DNA of 64,000 bases from Octopus vulgaris (GCA_951406725.2 OX597828.1:31558001-31622000); one strand, 5' to 3'; counted from the stretch's first letter, positions 42,497 to 57,394 are shown. Notes: generated from the letters alone by a model not told the origin. Translations and numbers: made by a program.

Positions 42497-45400
42497 TTTA
42501 GTACTAGTAATTATTTATGTTTGGTACTACGAATATTTTGATCACACTATTTTTATTCATCTATCGAATCGAATGTCTTCATTTCTTGAAATCTACGAAA
42601 AATACACACTGATGATCGCATACATTTCCTCCATTATTACAGCTTCCTTCTATTTATGCTCGAGTTGCGTTTACTCTGTATTTAATAGCCTAACGATAAA
42701 ATATTACAAATCATCCCAATTAGAATGCATGGCAATTAGAAAGATTTCGACTGTTAATTACCTGCGAACAGTGTGATTTTACAAAAACACTTTGGATTAA
42801 ATTGATAGGAGTTTCCCTCCTTATAAAGTAAGGCAGTGATTCCGATATGAAATGTTTACAGGAAGATGTGCGCGTGAATAGATTTGAAGGAAAGGAGCGA
42901 AATATTTAAGTTTAAGGATTCTTCCCGGAGATATTGTTGCTGATGTGTTAGAGTATCATTAATTGGTTATTTAATAAATCATGTGTTAATAATCTTACCA
43001 TTAAAAGTTGAAATTGAATTTCAGAATATTCTCTTAAAGAACGACATCGTAAAAGGCCTATCACATAATTATTATTCTGTAGGCCTATATTAAATAACCC
43101 TTGAGTAAGTAATATAGAATTCGTGATCTTAATTGATTACCGTACATAAAGAAAATTCTTCCCGTCGCATCTAACCACAATTGGTGGGGAAAAGCAACTA
43201 TTACACCCTTTTAAAATATACAGTACGTAATTACGGACCTTTACATTCTGAGTTCAAATCTAACCGCGATCACTACTGAGTTTCCTTTTAGGTGTTGATA
43301 CTCCTGCTGATATTATCAAGTGTTCTGCTACTTGCGATAAAGAAAGGTTTGTCTATATAACAAAACTTTCTATTCATGCAAATAGCAAATTATCGAAGGA
43401 AAATTTACATGGATCCTCTGTTTTTAGAGAAATAACAGACAATGCCTATTCGAGCATATTTCTTCATCTGACAATATAATCTAGAGTTTGAAAACTCCAA
43501 ACAGATGAAGCCGTCAGCAATGTAAAATCCTTGATCTGACGGATACTCAATCAGGCATTATCGAAAAGTAAACAACAAAACACAACTTGTTAATATACCA
43601 ATATACTGCTTGCATATAAACAGAACTTATGATGTTTCAACGTTCTTTAATTGTTTATAGCCATAATTTCCATGCAAAATTATATTTATTCTATATCTTT
43701 TTGTACAAATGTGCATATCAAATGCCATACATTGAATATAATAATAAAACATGAAGCAGATTCTATTCAGTATTTTACTCTTGTAATCTGATAATTTGGC
43801 ATTATGATTACATCTAGAGACAGGAAGAAACATTTAAAGTTATTTCTGATGTTTATCTTTATGAATAATTTTTTCCTTTTCAAATCAAAATGCTTACTAG
43901 AAATTAATTAATGAAATGTTATATACATTTATATTTAATGTCTTAAAGTTTCTCAGATTTGTGTAAGACGGCAATATTATGAATATTGTCTCTGTATAAG
44001 CAGTTTTGTGTGGAATACATTAATATGCAACCGACGCCGTTGAGATCCAATCGAGTGTAAAGTGGAATTTGCTGTGTAGGAAAAGGAATACTAATGTACA
44101 AGGGAAGAATACTGTCTGTAAAATAATGACATTGGTCACCAAAAATATCATCACCAACATCCTAGCATGCGCGCCCAGTCGTGTCATTGTGCCTGTAAAT
44201 ACGGTTTAAACGCATATACAACTTACATACATATGTATGTATACATATGAGTTATTATCTAATTATGAGACAAGATGTTGTGCAGTAAACAATGAGATCC
44301 GTCAGAAATGAGAACCCGAGACCAAACATATAAGATGTCACAGTGGGGTGAACATCATAACCATTAATAATATGAAAGAGAAATGGAAGAATTTCTTAAT
44401 GAAAGCCTCAATACAATGCAAACATGATAAAGCAGTGACACAGAAGAGAAACTATGCGTGGTACTAGAAATCAGTTGTTTAGTAGATATCAACGTAAAAA
44501 TCAACTTAAGAAAAAATCAGCTTAAGAAGACATATATACAGAACTAATTCAGAAGGGAGGAAGCTTATTACTAGACTACAGTTGCAAACCCTCAATCGAA
44601 ATCTCAAATTATGTAAAGTTATTCGTACGTTTAGCATATAAGTACATAGGCATATGTCCTGAATCTATATACATGAATATAAATACACGACCAAAACAAG
44701 CTGATTTTCTCATGAACTAACCCCAAATACGTGCATATAGTCACACAGTCACGCACAACTGCATTATTGATGCTGATATTGTACGGAATGTGTTGTGGAT
44801 GTCGGTTAGAAACCGGATCTTTCTCTATTAACAAGGATTCTATGAAAAAAAAAACTAAATAATCATACACACACGCATACATACATACATGCATGCCACA
44901 GTGTGAGTGTATATGTGACAAATAATAAATGATTTTTGTACACTAGTCATAAGATCACTTCACAATATACGAGATTACTGCGTGGACTTCAGAACATTAT
45001 TGTGTTATTGCTCCCGAATTGATGCAAAGCAAAATTAAAATCACCACGTTTTAAAATAAAAGGTGCTAAAATCCATATAAGAACTATAATATGCAAGTAA
45101 CTTCGTAACGGAACAATCTACATATATTTAGATAGTGCTCTTTTATCAGTGCTAGATCACCACTATCTCTGTGAAATAGTAATTGAAAATTCACGCATTC
45201 TTTAAGTCGCTTTTCTGTATAGATTTTTCAAGCCCTTTCAGTGTCAAACACTAGATTAAGGAAGAACGCTTAATCTTTGTGTGTATTAGGAATATTTACA
45301 CGTTTGTAGTATCATGAGAATTGAAGGTTTTGATCGAAAGAAAGAAAAATATTTTGTCCCTTTTCAATTACGTAAATGATATTTTCATCCATGAATCACC

Positions 45401-47188
45401 TGATAGTGAAATCTCCCTTGGTTTGAAACGATATTGAACGAATATATCAAATTATTTGTAGTTACTTCAATTCTTTTAATACTCTTTCTTTTATTCTTGT
45501 GAATAATAACTTTACAAAATCATGCAATTTATATTTGTGTTCGTTCTAGGTTTGTTTTCGCTCATTAGTACTTTCTAATTCATAAACTTTCATGATTCAT
45601 GCAATTACGGCTAAACACCATACTGCTTCTATCACAGTTTTTGCAATTGCTGTAAACTATTCCGCTCTCTCTATCGACAGACTGTGGCGGTTTCTGTGTT
45701 ACTTGTGTGTCTCTTTTCCATTACTATTCCGTTCTCTTCGTATGAAATTTATATCACTGCTGCCACATATATCTTCGTTAACACTAATGCCGCTACCAAC
45801 GCAAGCTACTGCTGTCTCTTCTTCGGTTTCTACCATTCATAACACTTGTCATGTCTTGTATTTCAAGCGATTTATTCCTAGCAATAATAATGTCATTGTT
45901 TCCATGACATCATTGTATCAGTTGCATTCAAAATAAAAATTTACCATAACTATTATATGAAGCTGACACATTTATATTGAAAGCGTAGAATAACTTACGG
46001 TATTTAAATAGAATTATAAGTTGATATTGATATTTAAAAGCACAAAATACAGTCACGAGAGGATATTAAGCATTTGAATTCTCGTATTTACCCCTAAGAA
46101 AATCATTATGGAAATAAAGAAGCCATATGTCTGTAGTATATAGAAATTCATTCAAAAAGATCTCAGTGTCATAGTAATGAAGTTTGGAAGAGTAGTTTCC
46201 AGACTGAAAACATACGCTAAGAAAGATATTAAAGTAGCTATTAATAATGTGTATATATATTAAAAATGGAAATCTTACGTATTCGAGTTTTTAACAAAAC
46301 ATATCTGAAAAATAAAGTGTTCCCTCTATGTATAGAAACTTTGGCATACATTGATATATGAATACATGTGGAAACACACACACGCACAGACATGAGCGGT
46401 GCGCCTGCGTATGTATTTAGGCATATACATTATATGTTATATATGGAATACAGATATTAATCAATCACACCCCCTGACCTGTATATATCCATATATTCAT
46501 GCACTTGCTTGCGCGCTTGCGGTGAGTAACTATATTTTATTATTAGATGATATTTTAAATTTTGCTTTATTAGGCACTTTGTTTAACAGAATGGCGCTGA
46601 TAGTATAAGCCCTGTCAATTGCCTTAATAACTGTCGGGTTTTGTTGCATAAATTTTGTTTGAAAAGTTGCCGGAAATATTAATTTCATTGAAATTTATGT
46701 AAGAGAGTTAACCACCTAAACGATCTAAACAAGAGGTTAGCTTCCGGCAGCAAATATGTAAATTCTGCTTTACAGTTAAGAGAATTGCAATTCTTTTAGT
46801 ATGTGACGCTTTTGAAAGGAACACAACCAGAGGGGGTTACAAGCTCGGAGAAATAAAGAGGGCCATTTTTAAAAGTGGTTTATATTCTATAATGCAGACT
46901 ATTTCACTGAGACTGAATTCTCCAACAGAGTTGTGAATTTGAGGATGATTTTTAACGTCCCTTATCTTAGAACTATTTATATGTTGAGAGTACCTTCCTA
47001 TGACGTAATTTCCTATGAATTACACACAGTTACGCGGGATATCATGAACCCAAGTGATATGCAGGTGCTATCGAAAGCCACAACTCCAGTCTGTGGGTTT
47101 GAATCTGCAGGAGTGCCGTATGACTTTTTCTAAAGCATGCGGTATCGCCACAGCTACAGTATATTTATCCATTTCATTTTTTTGTTCG

Positions 47189-47263
47189 AATTTGAATGAA
47201 GTGAATTTATTCAAATAAACACACAAAATTTGAATGAAGTGAAATTATTCAAATAAACACACA
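47189..47263. repeat. 38-bp tandem duplication; each unit contains an 8-bp inverted repeat (atttgaat/attcaaat)
   Basis: aatttgaatgaagtgaa(t/a)ttattcaaataaacacaca x2, one mismatch. Confidence 0.92.
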
Positions 47264-47280
47264 TAATTATATTTAGTATA

Positions 47281-47441
47281 CAGGAGTGGCTGTGTGGTAA
47301 GTAGCTTGATAACCAACCACATGGTTCCGGGTTGAGTCCCACTGAGTGGCATCTTGGGCAAGTGTCTTCTGCTATAGCCCCGGGCCGACCAATGCCTTGT
47401 GAGTGGATTTGGTAGACGGAAGCTGAAAGAAGCCTATCGTA

Positions 47442-47494
<53 letters not shown>

Positions 47495-47713
47495 ATATGT
47501 TTGTGTGTCTGTGTTTGTTCCCCTAGCATTGCTTGACAACCTATCCTGGTGTGCTTACGTCCCCGTCACTTAGCGGTTGGGCAAAAGAGACCGATAGAAT
47601 AAGTACTGGGCTTACAAAGAATAAGTCCCGGGGTCGATTTGCTCGACTAAAGGTGGTGCTCCAGCATGGCCGCAGTCAAATGACTGAGTAAAAGAGTAAA
47701 AGAGTAAAAGAGT
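47281..47713 (+). mobile_element. SINE family A, best-preserved copy (tRNA head, CORE-like domain, internal microsatellite, (gagtaaaa)n tail)
   Basis: A-box tggctgtgtgg, B-box ggttgagtccc, cttgggcaagt core-like motif, tail gagtaaaa x3. Confidence 0.93.
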
Positions 47714-48502
47714 ATATTAGCAACTGTTTTCATGACCGCTCTGACTTGAATTGGTAATGTATTCTATCATACAAGATATCCAAAATGACAACACTCCGCA
47801 AAACAGCGTCGTGGCCTTTTTGTACAAGCGTTTGTACCTGTAGCACACTCAGGAAACACAACATATCATTATGTATGTATGTATGTATCTATCTATCTAT
47901 ATGTATACATATGTAATTATAAATATGTATATATAAATAATATAGGTATATGTGAGTCTGTATGTCTTGTACACGAGTGGATTCCTTTTCATCACATCTC
48001 AACACAGGACATACAACGAAATGAATAAGAGCGATCCACACAACCACAGTGAAAGATGGACTACCTATTTCGTGGATACGGTATAAATGACAGTTAATCT
48101 ACACGGAATAACATCCCAACGTCTTCAATAAATAAACATTATATTACATAATATTTATATCTAGATATTGCTAAACACATGATGTTGGAAACGACTGCAG
48201 TGTCTTTGCTATCACGCCTTGTTTGCGGAGTTACTACTGGTCTATATATTAACATCAACAAAAATTGCAAGTGTAACAATATTAAGAGAAAGTGGTTTAC
48301 AAATTGTTCATAGCCAGTGGAGCTAACTTTATTAAAATTATGCTAATAGGAATTTTGTATGAGCAATTCCTCTGTAGGGAAAACAATTTTCATTCTTGAG
48401 TATTTGACATGAACAAGGTTCGCTAAGCATGATATCAAGCGAAAAGAAACAATGAGCCATTCTAATTTTATATTTACGCATACTCACACACATACACACA
48501 CA

Positions 48503-48540
<38 letters not shown>

Positions 48541-51500
48541 CACACACGTATTCACACAGAATTATATGCATACAGATATAGAGAGGGAAATGTAGAGAGC
48601 GCGAAATAGTGAATTTAGAGAGCGATAAAAGAAAAACAAGACAGAAAGTCAAATTCAAACTGAGTATACAATAAGAGAAGCACTCTTTCGCTGAACCGCT
48701 TTGGTTCTGCATATTTAGAGTCATTGATACGACGTTGAACATTTTCGATATATGTTTGGACCCCAGGAAATTGTGGAAGTATTCATGAAACGGGGAAAAA
48801 GAAGTTTCCGAACATCTTTGATAACGAAAGGAGAGCTGACAACAAATTTGTATTTTGACGCTGTGAGCCGAAAAATGAAAGGCCTCAGCTTTCTAGAGAT
48901 GAAAGTCAATTAATACACCATAAAGTTGTTCCCTCTTACTCTCTGTCTCTGTCTCTCTCTGCCTCTCCCTCACTTTCTCCCAATTTATTTAATTTTAATT
49001 ATTTTTTGTTCTATATAGCTGTATGTGAGCATCTCATTCTTAACGTGTATGGAGAAAGAGGAATAGTTTGTCATGGGGTTTGAACTAACGTGGATTGATA
49101 TCTCACTCTCTACATTGCACAACCTTTCTTTCTTCTCGCACTTCAGTGTGTAAATGTCTGTGTGATTCCGTTTGTGTCTGTGAGCGTGAATGCATGTGTG
49201 TGTATGTGTTTTGCCTGAAGTCAGCATGGGTATTTTCACGAAAAATTCCCTCCCCAAAACAGATTCTGTGACCAATAACGTGTGCCAAATCGACGGCATT
49301 CAAGTACATACACCCAGACGTCTCATTATGTATGTATATACGGCTTACACACACACACACACATTCGTATATACACACATACACACATACATACATACGT
49401 ACATATATACATACATACACACAACGACATGAACGCAACCGTACACTGTTGTATCACTCGTAAAGAAAGCTTGGACATTTATCAGAAACAACGGCGTAAT
49501 GCGTACCTTTTGCAATTGATATACGACCACAGTTGGGGCACAATGCAAGCGGTATTCCGTATAGCTAACAATACTGTAGTTGGGTAAGGCAAACGCGCTT
49601 GTAAAATCACACAATCATTAACTGTTGTAGACCATATGAATAGATATATATATATAGGGTGAATAAACATTAGGATTTGCGTTTTGTATGTGTAGATAAA
49701 AAGCTCAAGTGCAGATTTTCAAATGATTTGATATGCAACAGTAAAAAGTTCAAACCGACTTAAAATATAATCTTTGCTTCCTTGTAGCAAATTAACGGAC
49801 TTTAATGTTCCATTTTTAGATTGTTCTAGTCTATTAAATGTCAACGAAAACAAAAAGAAATCTTCTCGTAATTAAGAACTGCAGGTTCCTGCGTAAATTT
49901 AGATTCTATTGTCTTTATTCTTTTAATCGGTAATTAAAAGCTAGTAACGAATAGATATCGAATTCGCAAGCTAAATATAGTTAACATTTCACTGCATGCA
50001 TTTATTTAGATCATAGTGTCTAGATATTTAAAATTGTTTATGTCATTTTATGCCTTCAGAACATGTTCAGAAATGCATTAGTTTTATGATTAGCATGTAT
50101 ATATGTATATATCTACAACTCAGACGTAACATATATAGAGCATGTGTCGGTGCATACATATGATGGCGCTTATTCGGTGTTTTTGTATGTAAACATTTCG
50201 CAACCCATATTTTCCAGATGTAACCACCAGTCGCCTAGACTGCAAGAGCATTTTCAAATTTCATATTAGTTTAAAAACAAAGAAATATGACTAGGAATTT
50301 ATACAACATATTACACCATCACACACACAAACTCCGACCAAAACACAGTCCCATCTATGTATGTTTATTTATATACATATATACATACGTATACACATAC
50401 AGACATATATATACACACACACACACTCACATATATATACATATATATAGTTATATATATATATATATATATATATAAGAGAAGAGCCACCTTTTATCAA
50501 TTCAACAATGATATAATTAAATTATACCATACAGAAAAACTTAAATATACGCTAAAACATATACCAATAATTAAGTAAAGTACAAAATGCTATCCTATAT
50601 ATATATATACATATGCCGGAATTGTTATTAATACAATGACCTGTAATAAGTGTATCAAGTGTTCAATATCAATATCAAATGTTTGCTTGGTGATACGTTT
50701 AGTTAGAAATATTGATGTTTATAGATTCCACTGAAATCAAAACCACTCATTATATCTTAAACGTTTCGTTCATAAGCTATGTTTTAGTGTTGAGTATTCA
50801 TGCCAGATTAACAACATCTGCAATCACTGTCATGTTTGTTAAGTATTATTTGCAAATTAAATCTTCTACTATGTCTTCCATAAGTATAACTATTACCTGA
50901 ACTGCGACATAGATTTGAATTGAATGTTTATGTTTGAAACTAGCGAAGCATCAAGAAATGATTTGAAATAGTTACCATCCCTTTTTTTCTCAGCAATATG
51001 TTATAATTTTGCATATCATACATTTACTTATATTTGCGATATTATTTTGTTCGAAAGATATTGTCAACTGACATTTGCAGCGTATCTGTGATCCTATTGC
51101 AAGCGATAGGCTTCTAGTGATTGTAGAAGTGTATTATTGGAAACGTTTCAGAAATTTTCCTTTGTGTTCATTTACAATTTCCACTGAAGGATCAATAAAT
51201 CGCATTTATTGAATTGAGTAAATACAATAACTTCTGCTTAAGTTGATAAGACTGTTCCGAACTCACAGTCTTTTTCCATGCTCTCTAATATACTGCATGG
51301 ATGCAACATGCATTATATTTCTATATACACTCTTTAAATTTAGAATAAGATCCATTCGATCGAAGGCCTGTACCATTAGAGTAGACATCAGGCAAAACAG
51401 CAGAAGCGCTAGCAGCATCTACAAGAAGCAAATATTACGACTATCTTTCATTAGAAATTGTTTTCCGAAGGCTATGTCAGCTGGAAACCCAATTTCAGAA

Positions 51501-52619
51501 TCAAAATTATTTCAGATACGATGCTAGTGATTCAGCGTCAACCCCCAGCTTATACTAGACCAGAAATAAAGTGTTTACGTTGTCTCTACATATATTAGAA
51601 ATAACAACTCAAATCCCCATCAATATACAGCCTACTTATTTAAGATCATTATTTCTGAATATAAGATTGGTTAGCCAAGATTGAGACTCATGTGGTGATA
51701 AGTGTTCTCGATGGGTGATAACCTGAGACTAAACAATAAACACAGAAACGAATATTTCAAAATAACTGGACATGAGTGTCGATGAAAATTTAAACGTTTT
51801 TTCTAAACAGTAGAATAATTCAGGAGAGAATTTGTGCCATTCTGTAGTATGTATGAATACAACATGATCTGTTGTTTGTTCTTCAAACTACTGAGCTGAA
51901 AATACACGTATATCATTCTCACTCTTTCAGAATTAACGAATGGAAGTAAACAATCGAATAATAATACTCTGTATCGGTTATCTACCAACATCCTTACAAT
52001 AGAAGAAAAAAGTTTTCTTTTGTGTGCAAGAAAATAATAATGAATGGAATTGCTATTATCAGACGTTTCAACGATGATGGTTTAAAGGAGTAAATATATA
52101 AAAAAAACAGAATCCAATGTAAAGGAACTAAAAAACAAAATAAAATAGAGGTCCATTAACTACATATGTGTACACAGAAAATAAAATAAAATAAAGCAAC
52201 GGCAAATATTTTGAATCAATGGAACCAATTCCCTAGAGATTAATTTCTGTTGATTGATACTGTTCTAACTCGAAGCCATTTTATGTATATCTTTAAATGC
52301 TAACACATTTATGCTATGCAATCCACCTTGAAAATCATTTTCTAAACGAGACTTCGGGGAATTAAAATAACTGTTTGTGTTCGAATATATTCTAAATGTA
52401 TTTTACTTGTTTTCCTGTTCGTTCTGTTGTAGCCTTAAATAAGATTTGCAAACAACATTGGTGTTTTGGTTACGGTAAGAGATTTTAAGCGCATTCAGTT
52501 TAAGATTCTTAATGCACATTTGTTTACTACTTGTTTTCACTACATTTACGACAGGTGGCAGCTATTGGTTTAGTAATTATAATAGTAAATTCTATACAGG
52601 CGCGTATAACACACGCGCG

Positions 52620-52657
<38 letters not shown>

Positions 52658-52867
52658 GTGTGAGTGTTTGTGTGTGTGTGTGTGTGTATGCGTTTGACTG
52701 TGCTCCCAGCATGACCACACCTCTCCTATCAAAACTCGTGAAGAAATATATATGCGTACGCACAGAAATATATATGTATCATATATATATACATACATAC
52801 ATGTATACATATATATACATATATATACACAAATATATATACATATATAGATGTATATATATATATA

Positions 52868-54069
52868 TAGGGTGAGTGACATATTTGGGGATAGGTTTAT
52901 GTCTCTAAAAAGACAGATATATTACATGTAAAAGCATTCATTAAAAAATGCTATGTGGATAAAATAAACCGTTTCTAGTATGTCATTCAATAAAGCCACC
53001 TTCAGCTTCAACAACGGCTTCTATATGGGATGTGAATCATCTACATGCTTGAATGAACCGGTCCTGGTTCATTTTGGACGTTACGCTGACTATGGCAGCT
53101 TTCAAAGAATGTAGGTGTTAATAGCGTGTTCATTGACCTCTCTTTCAACAACGCCCCACATGTAATAGTCCAATGGACTGAGATCTGGGGAATTAGGAGG
53201 CCAAATTATAGGAGTTGTGTGATCATGAAAATTTTTAGTCTGTGTTATTAAAGCCATGTATGACAGTGCAAAGTCTTACTGAAACACATATGGACTTCTA
53301 TTGCATACACTGTCTATCTAGGGTTCAAAACCTATATCCAGGACTGCAATGTCGGCAGCAGATTTATGTCTAAGGCCTTGTAGAAAGAATTAAATAGGCA
53401 TCACTTGTCCTTCTTTGCTGACAAAGATGATAACCCTAAAACCATGATAATTGCTGGAAATTTGTTTATGCATATCACTTGGAACTTCAGAACGCTCTGC
53501 GCTTATCCATCCCTCATTTCTTCTGTTAACTTTTTGATCTTGGACGAAGTTGTTCTCGGTTGAGAAAAATCAAATCAAATATTCTTCTGCTGCACTTTTC
53601 AGTTTGCTTAAGAACCTTTTATATCTGATGTAGTGATTTACTTTTGCTTTTTCTGACTTTTCCTCATCATATAAGATTTATATCTGATATTGTCGTGGAT
53701 AGCATTTCTGCCTCTACCTTCTGACATATGAAAATGTTTTGCAATTGACCTCATGTATTTTCTGGGATTGTAAGCAATTGTCTGTTGAACTTGTTTGATA
53801 AATTCATGTGTTCTGATGATATCAGAGCATTTAAAATGTTTTTTAATGCTTTAGTACTGGTGAAACGTTTCTATTTTCAGTCTCTAACTCCTTACAAACT
53901 TTGTAGACAAAATATTTCTAAATCGCTATGCTCAGCCTTTATAAGCACAATAACTGCGTGCCCAACTGACCGGACAACACAGTGTAGTAGTCGATGAAAC
54001 AAGAGCCAAACAATGCGCATGCGCGAAACCATGTATATAATATCGGGAAAATTTACCCATTGCTCCCTG
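52868..54069 (-). mobile_element. Decayed near full-length Tc1/mariner superfamily transposon, probably maT/DD37D type
   Basis: Minus strand reads HAVIVLIKAEHSDLEI..IRTHEFIKQVQQTIAYNPRKYMRSIAK..PYVFQ*DFALSY..NFHDHTTPIIWPPNSPDLSPLDYYMWGVVEREVN..IEAVVEAEGGFIE*. Ends (c/t)aggg(t/a)g with TA flanks; multiple stops and frameshifts. Confidence 0.9.
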
Positions 54070-54327
54070 TATATATATATATACTTGAAAGATTTACAAA
54101 TAGCAATTATTTATATGATGCACACACACATATATATAGAGAGAGAGAAAAAGAGAGAGATAAAATTAGATACACAACCGAAAGCGCTAATAATAATTTC
54201 ATGCTATTATGATACTTGAACAGGCATACTTATAAAATATGCTATGTATCTTAAAGCAATGTTTCAGGCTGCATTTATTCGTTATGTATGTATGCATGCT
54301 TGTATGTACATATGTCTATATATATAC

Positions 54328-54359
<32 letters not shown>

Positions 54360-55586
54360 TTATCTATCTATCTATATATCTATCTATCTATATAAATAAA
54401 TAAATAGATATATATATATATATATATATATATTTCTTTATCCGAATGCATTACGTTTAGGACCATGGCTATCAAGTAATCGTGTCGTCCTGAGTTTGCT
54501 ACTCTAAATGGCACTTGGGACACGTGTCATACTTGAGTCTAACCAATCGTTATAAATAAAACTGGTTAAAGTACACGGTCAAAATAATCGCCTTGCTTCT
54601 AATTTATTGGCGGTTATATTTACATATTTCTTTTGAGATCTTTGCATTTATGTGGTACGCTAAATTGTTAAATCAATTATGTACGTCTTTAGATCTTCAT
54701 TGCCTGAACTGTCTGGAGAAAAATGACGCTGGCGGGTTTGTTTTGCTACGAATAATAAACGTGGACAAAAATGATTGCTCTTAGTATTATCGTCATAATT
54801 TGGATTTATAAAGAGTTGATTTCTATGCAATTGGGCAGGTTTTCTTCATTTGTCATCGCGTAACATGTCTTTTCTGATTGATTGCTGATGAATATGAAAA
54901 ACCCTCAACATCGATATTCTAGCGCTTATATCTACATTAGCCAAATTGATTTTGCATTAACTATTTGATATACACATCGCATCATGTAAAACTTACCCCG
55001 ATGAAGGCAACAATGCTGTTCACACATTCGAGAGCATCATTCTCCATTTAAACTGCAATGAATGATAAAGTATATATGTAAAAAATATCTAGATATAATA
55101 GATAACTATCTTCAGCCTTGGTGTTTTTAATACAAACTGTCTACATCTGTTTAGCCTACACACATCGTCTTTGTTTGAGATCCCAGTTAATAGTGGGTTG
55201 TCGTCATTGAATTATGGCTTATTCATTTTGAGACATGCCAGTGACCATCACACTCCATGTCCAAAGGGGTTCAATTTCACGTGTAGAAAGACACGGCAAT
55301 ACAACACGGATATAAATCAATTCTAGTACAGAACTGGTACAAAAATCCATTTATTGCCTCCCATAAGGGGGAAAGCCAAATGTAATGTCGGCCTGACTCA
55401 AATATTGTTTACTGTGATACAGCAGGTATATCGCCAGGATATAGATGTCATGCTTGAACGTATCACAGACATATAAAGTGTGGATGAAACGATAGACGAA
55501 TAAAAACAAACACACAAAAATACAAATATATATACAAATTATTGTATGCATACATACATACATATGCATAGGAATGTATGTATACT

Positions 55587-55757
55587 TATTCTTTTACTTA
55601 TTTCAGTCATTTGACTGCGGTCATGATGGAGCACCGCCTTTAGTCAGCTCAGTACTTATTCTATTGGTTTCTTTTATCGAACTGCTAATTTATGGGGTCG
55701 TAAATACACCGACATCGGTTGTCAAGTGATGGCGGGGTGGGCGGGGTGAGAAACAAA

Positions 55758-55824
<67 letters not shown>

Positions 55825-55975
55825 GACGGGCTTCTTCCAGTGTCTTTCTATCAATTCCACTCACAAGGCTTTGGACGTGCCTCGGCTATAGAAGATATTT
55901 GCCTGAGTTGTCACGCAGTAGGACTGAACCCGGAACGCCGTGGTCGGGAAGCAACCTTCTTACCACAGAGCTACA
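55587..55975 (-). mobile_element. SINE family A, near full length, internal (TA)n
   Basis: tttcagtcatttgactgcgg..catg.tggagcaccgcc...acgacgggcttctt...ggactgaacccggaac...cttcttaccacag. Confidence 0.88.
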
Positions 55976-56032
55976 TATTTTCTGTATACGTATATGTAAG
56001 TGTGCATGCAAATGTATATGTAAGGTGTGTAA

Positions 56033-56367
56033 GACGCATGACAAAGTGGTTAGAGTGTTGGGCTCACAATCATGAGGCTGTGAGTTCAATTTCCGGACCG
56101 AGCAGTGTGTTGTGTTCTTGAGCAAGACAATTTATCTCACGTTACACCAGTTCACTCTGCTGTAGAAGTGAATTGCAATGTCACTGGTGCCAATCTGTAT
56201 AGGCCGTTGTCTTTCCTTTGGATAACTTTGGCGGCGTGGAGTTGAGGCTGGTATGCATGGGTGACTGCTGGTCTTCCATAAGCAAACTTCGTTGGAATTG
56301 TGCGGAGAAGGGGCACTTTCTAGGTGCAATCTCATCGTCATATATGATCGAAGGGTATCTTTACCCT
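56033..56367 (+). mobile_element. tRNA-derived SINE, family D
   Basis: A-box-like tgacaaagtggtta, B-box gagttcaattt, CORE-like tgtgttcttgagcaagaca. Single copy in this window. Confidence 0.7.
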
Positions 56368-56390
56368 CATATATGTATATATATATATAT

Positions 56391-56620
56391 ATTTCTTTAC
56401 TACCCACAAGGGGCTAAACACAGAGGAGACAAACAAGGACAGACAAACGGATTAAGTCGATTATATCGAACCCAGTGCGTAACTGGTACTTAATTTATCG
56501 ACCCCGAAAGGATGAAAGGCAGAGTTGACCTCGGCGAAATTTGAACTCAGAACGTAACGGCAGACGAAATACGGCTACGAATTTCGCCCGACGTACTAAC
56601 GTTTCTGCCAGCTCACCGCC
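56391..56620 (-). mobile_element. SINE family B (long-tail variant)
   Basis: Nearly identical in layout to 63523-63756. Confidence 0.93.
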
Positions 56621-57394
56621 TTAAATATGTATATATATATATATGAATATATATATACATATGTACAGGTATATATGTATGAATAAATATTCATGTACGT
56701 GATTATATATGTATATCACCATGTATGTAGATCTATAGAGTTTTATACATACACATTTTTAAATGAGTGAAAACAGTTTCGAAATAAAATAATGAAAATA
56801 TGGATGAAATTTGCGTTGATTAAATGTAATAGATTTAACAGGACAAAGTTAATAGCACGAATCATGTAATCTGATTTCACATATATTGTTATTCAATCAA
56901 AACGCACGGAATAGAAATTAATTAACCGAAATCTTCGATTCGTGATCCAAGCAAGATAACTAAATACAAATCTCTGCCAAGCACGTAAGGAGAATAGATT
57001 GATATATAATGTTTGACTTCACACAGGAATGTAATGCTACATATTTTAGGGATGGACATAGTTGTATTTCATTGATACATATTTGTTAGAGTCATGAAAG
57101 TCAGGTCACTTATAGAAATCTTAGCATAATGCTGCGAGAAAGGCGTTCCTTTCGTACGCACTACCAAAACTAACTAACCTCATATAGTGACAAATATTTG
57201 GCATTCCTGTCTCAACTGATATGGATGTGACTCTGTGATTTGATATCATATTTTGTTTTATTGTAGACGATAAAGTAATATGTTATGATACATTAAATAC
57301 ATATATACACACACACACACGTGTGCATGTGTGTGTGTGTGATCGCTCTCTCATCATGAGCGACAAATGAGGCTTCAGTAAAATAAAGTGATAA

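Noticed and set aside
46815-46940. TTRGGYKL ... FSNRVVN resembling the CR1/L2 ORF2 C-terminus
   Set aside because: Motifs are in different frames with atypical spacing; too degenerate to call.
54178-54200. cgaaagcgctaataataatt, similar to the H3 hammerhead 3' half
   Set aside because: No CUGANGA core or stem II upstream.
54998-55025. ccgatgaaggcaacaatgctg, similar to the H2 5' core
   Set aside because: GAAA and stem III are absent.
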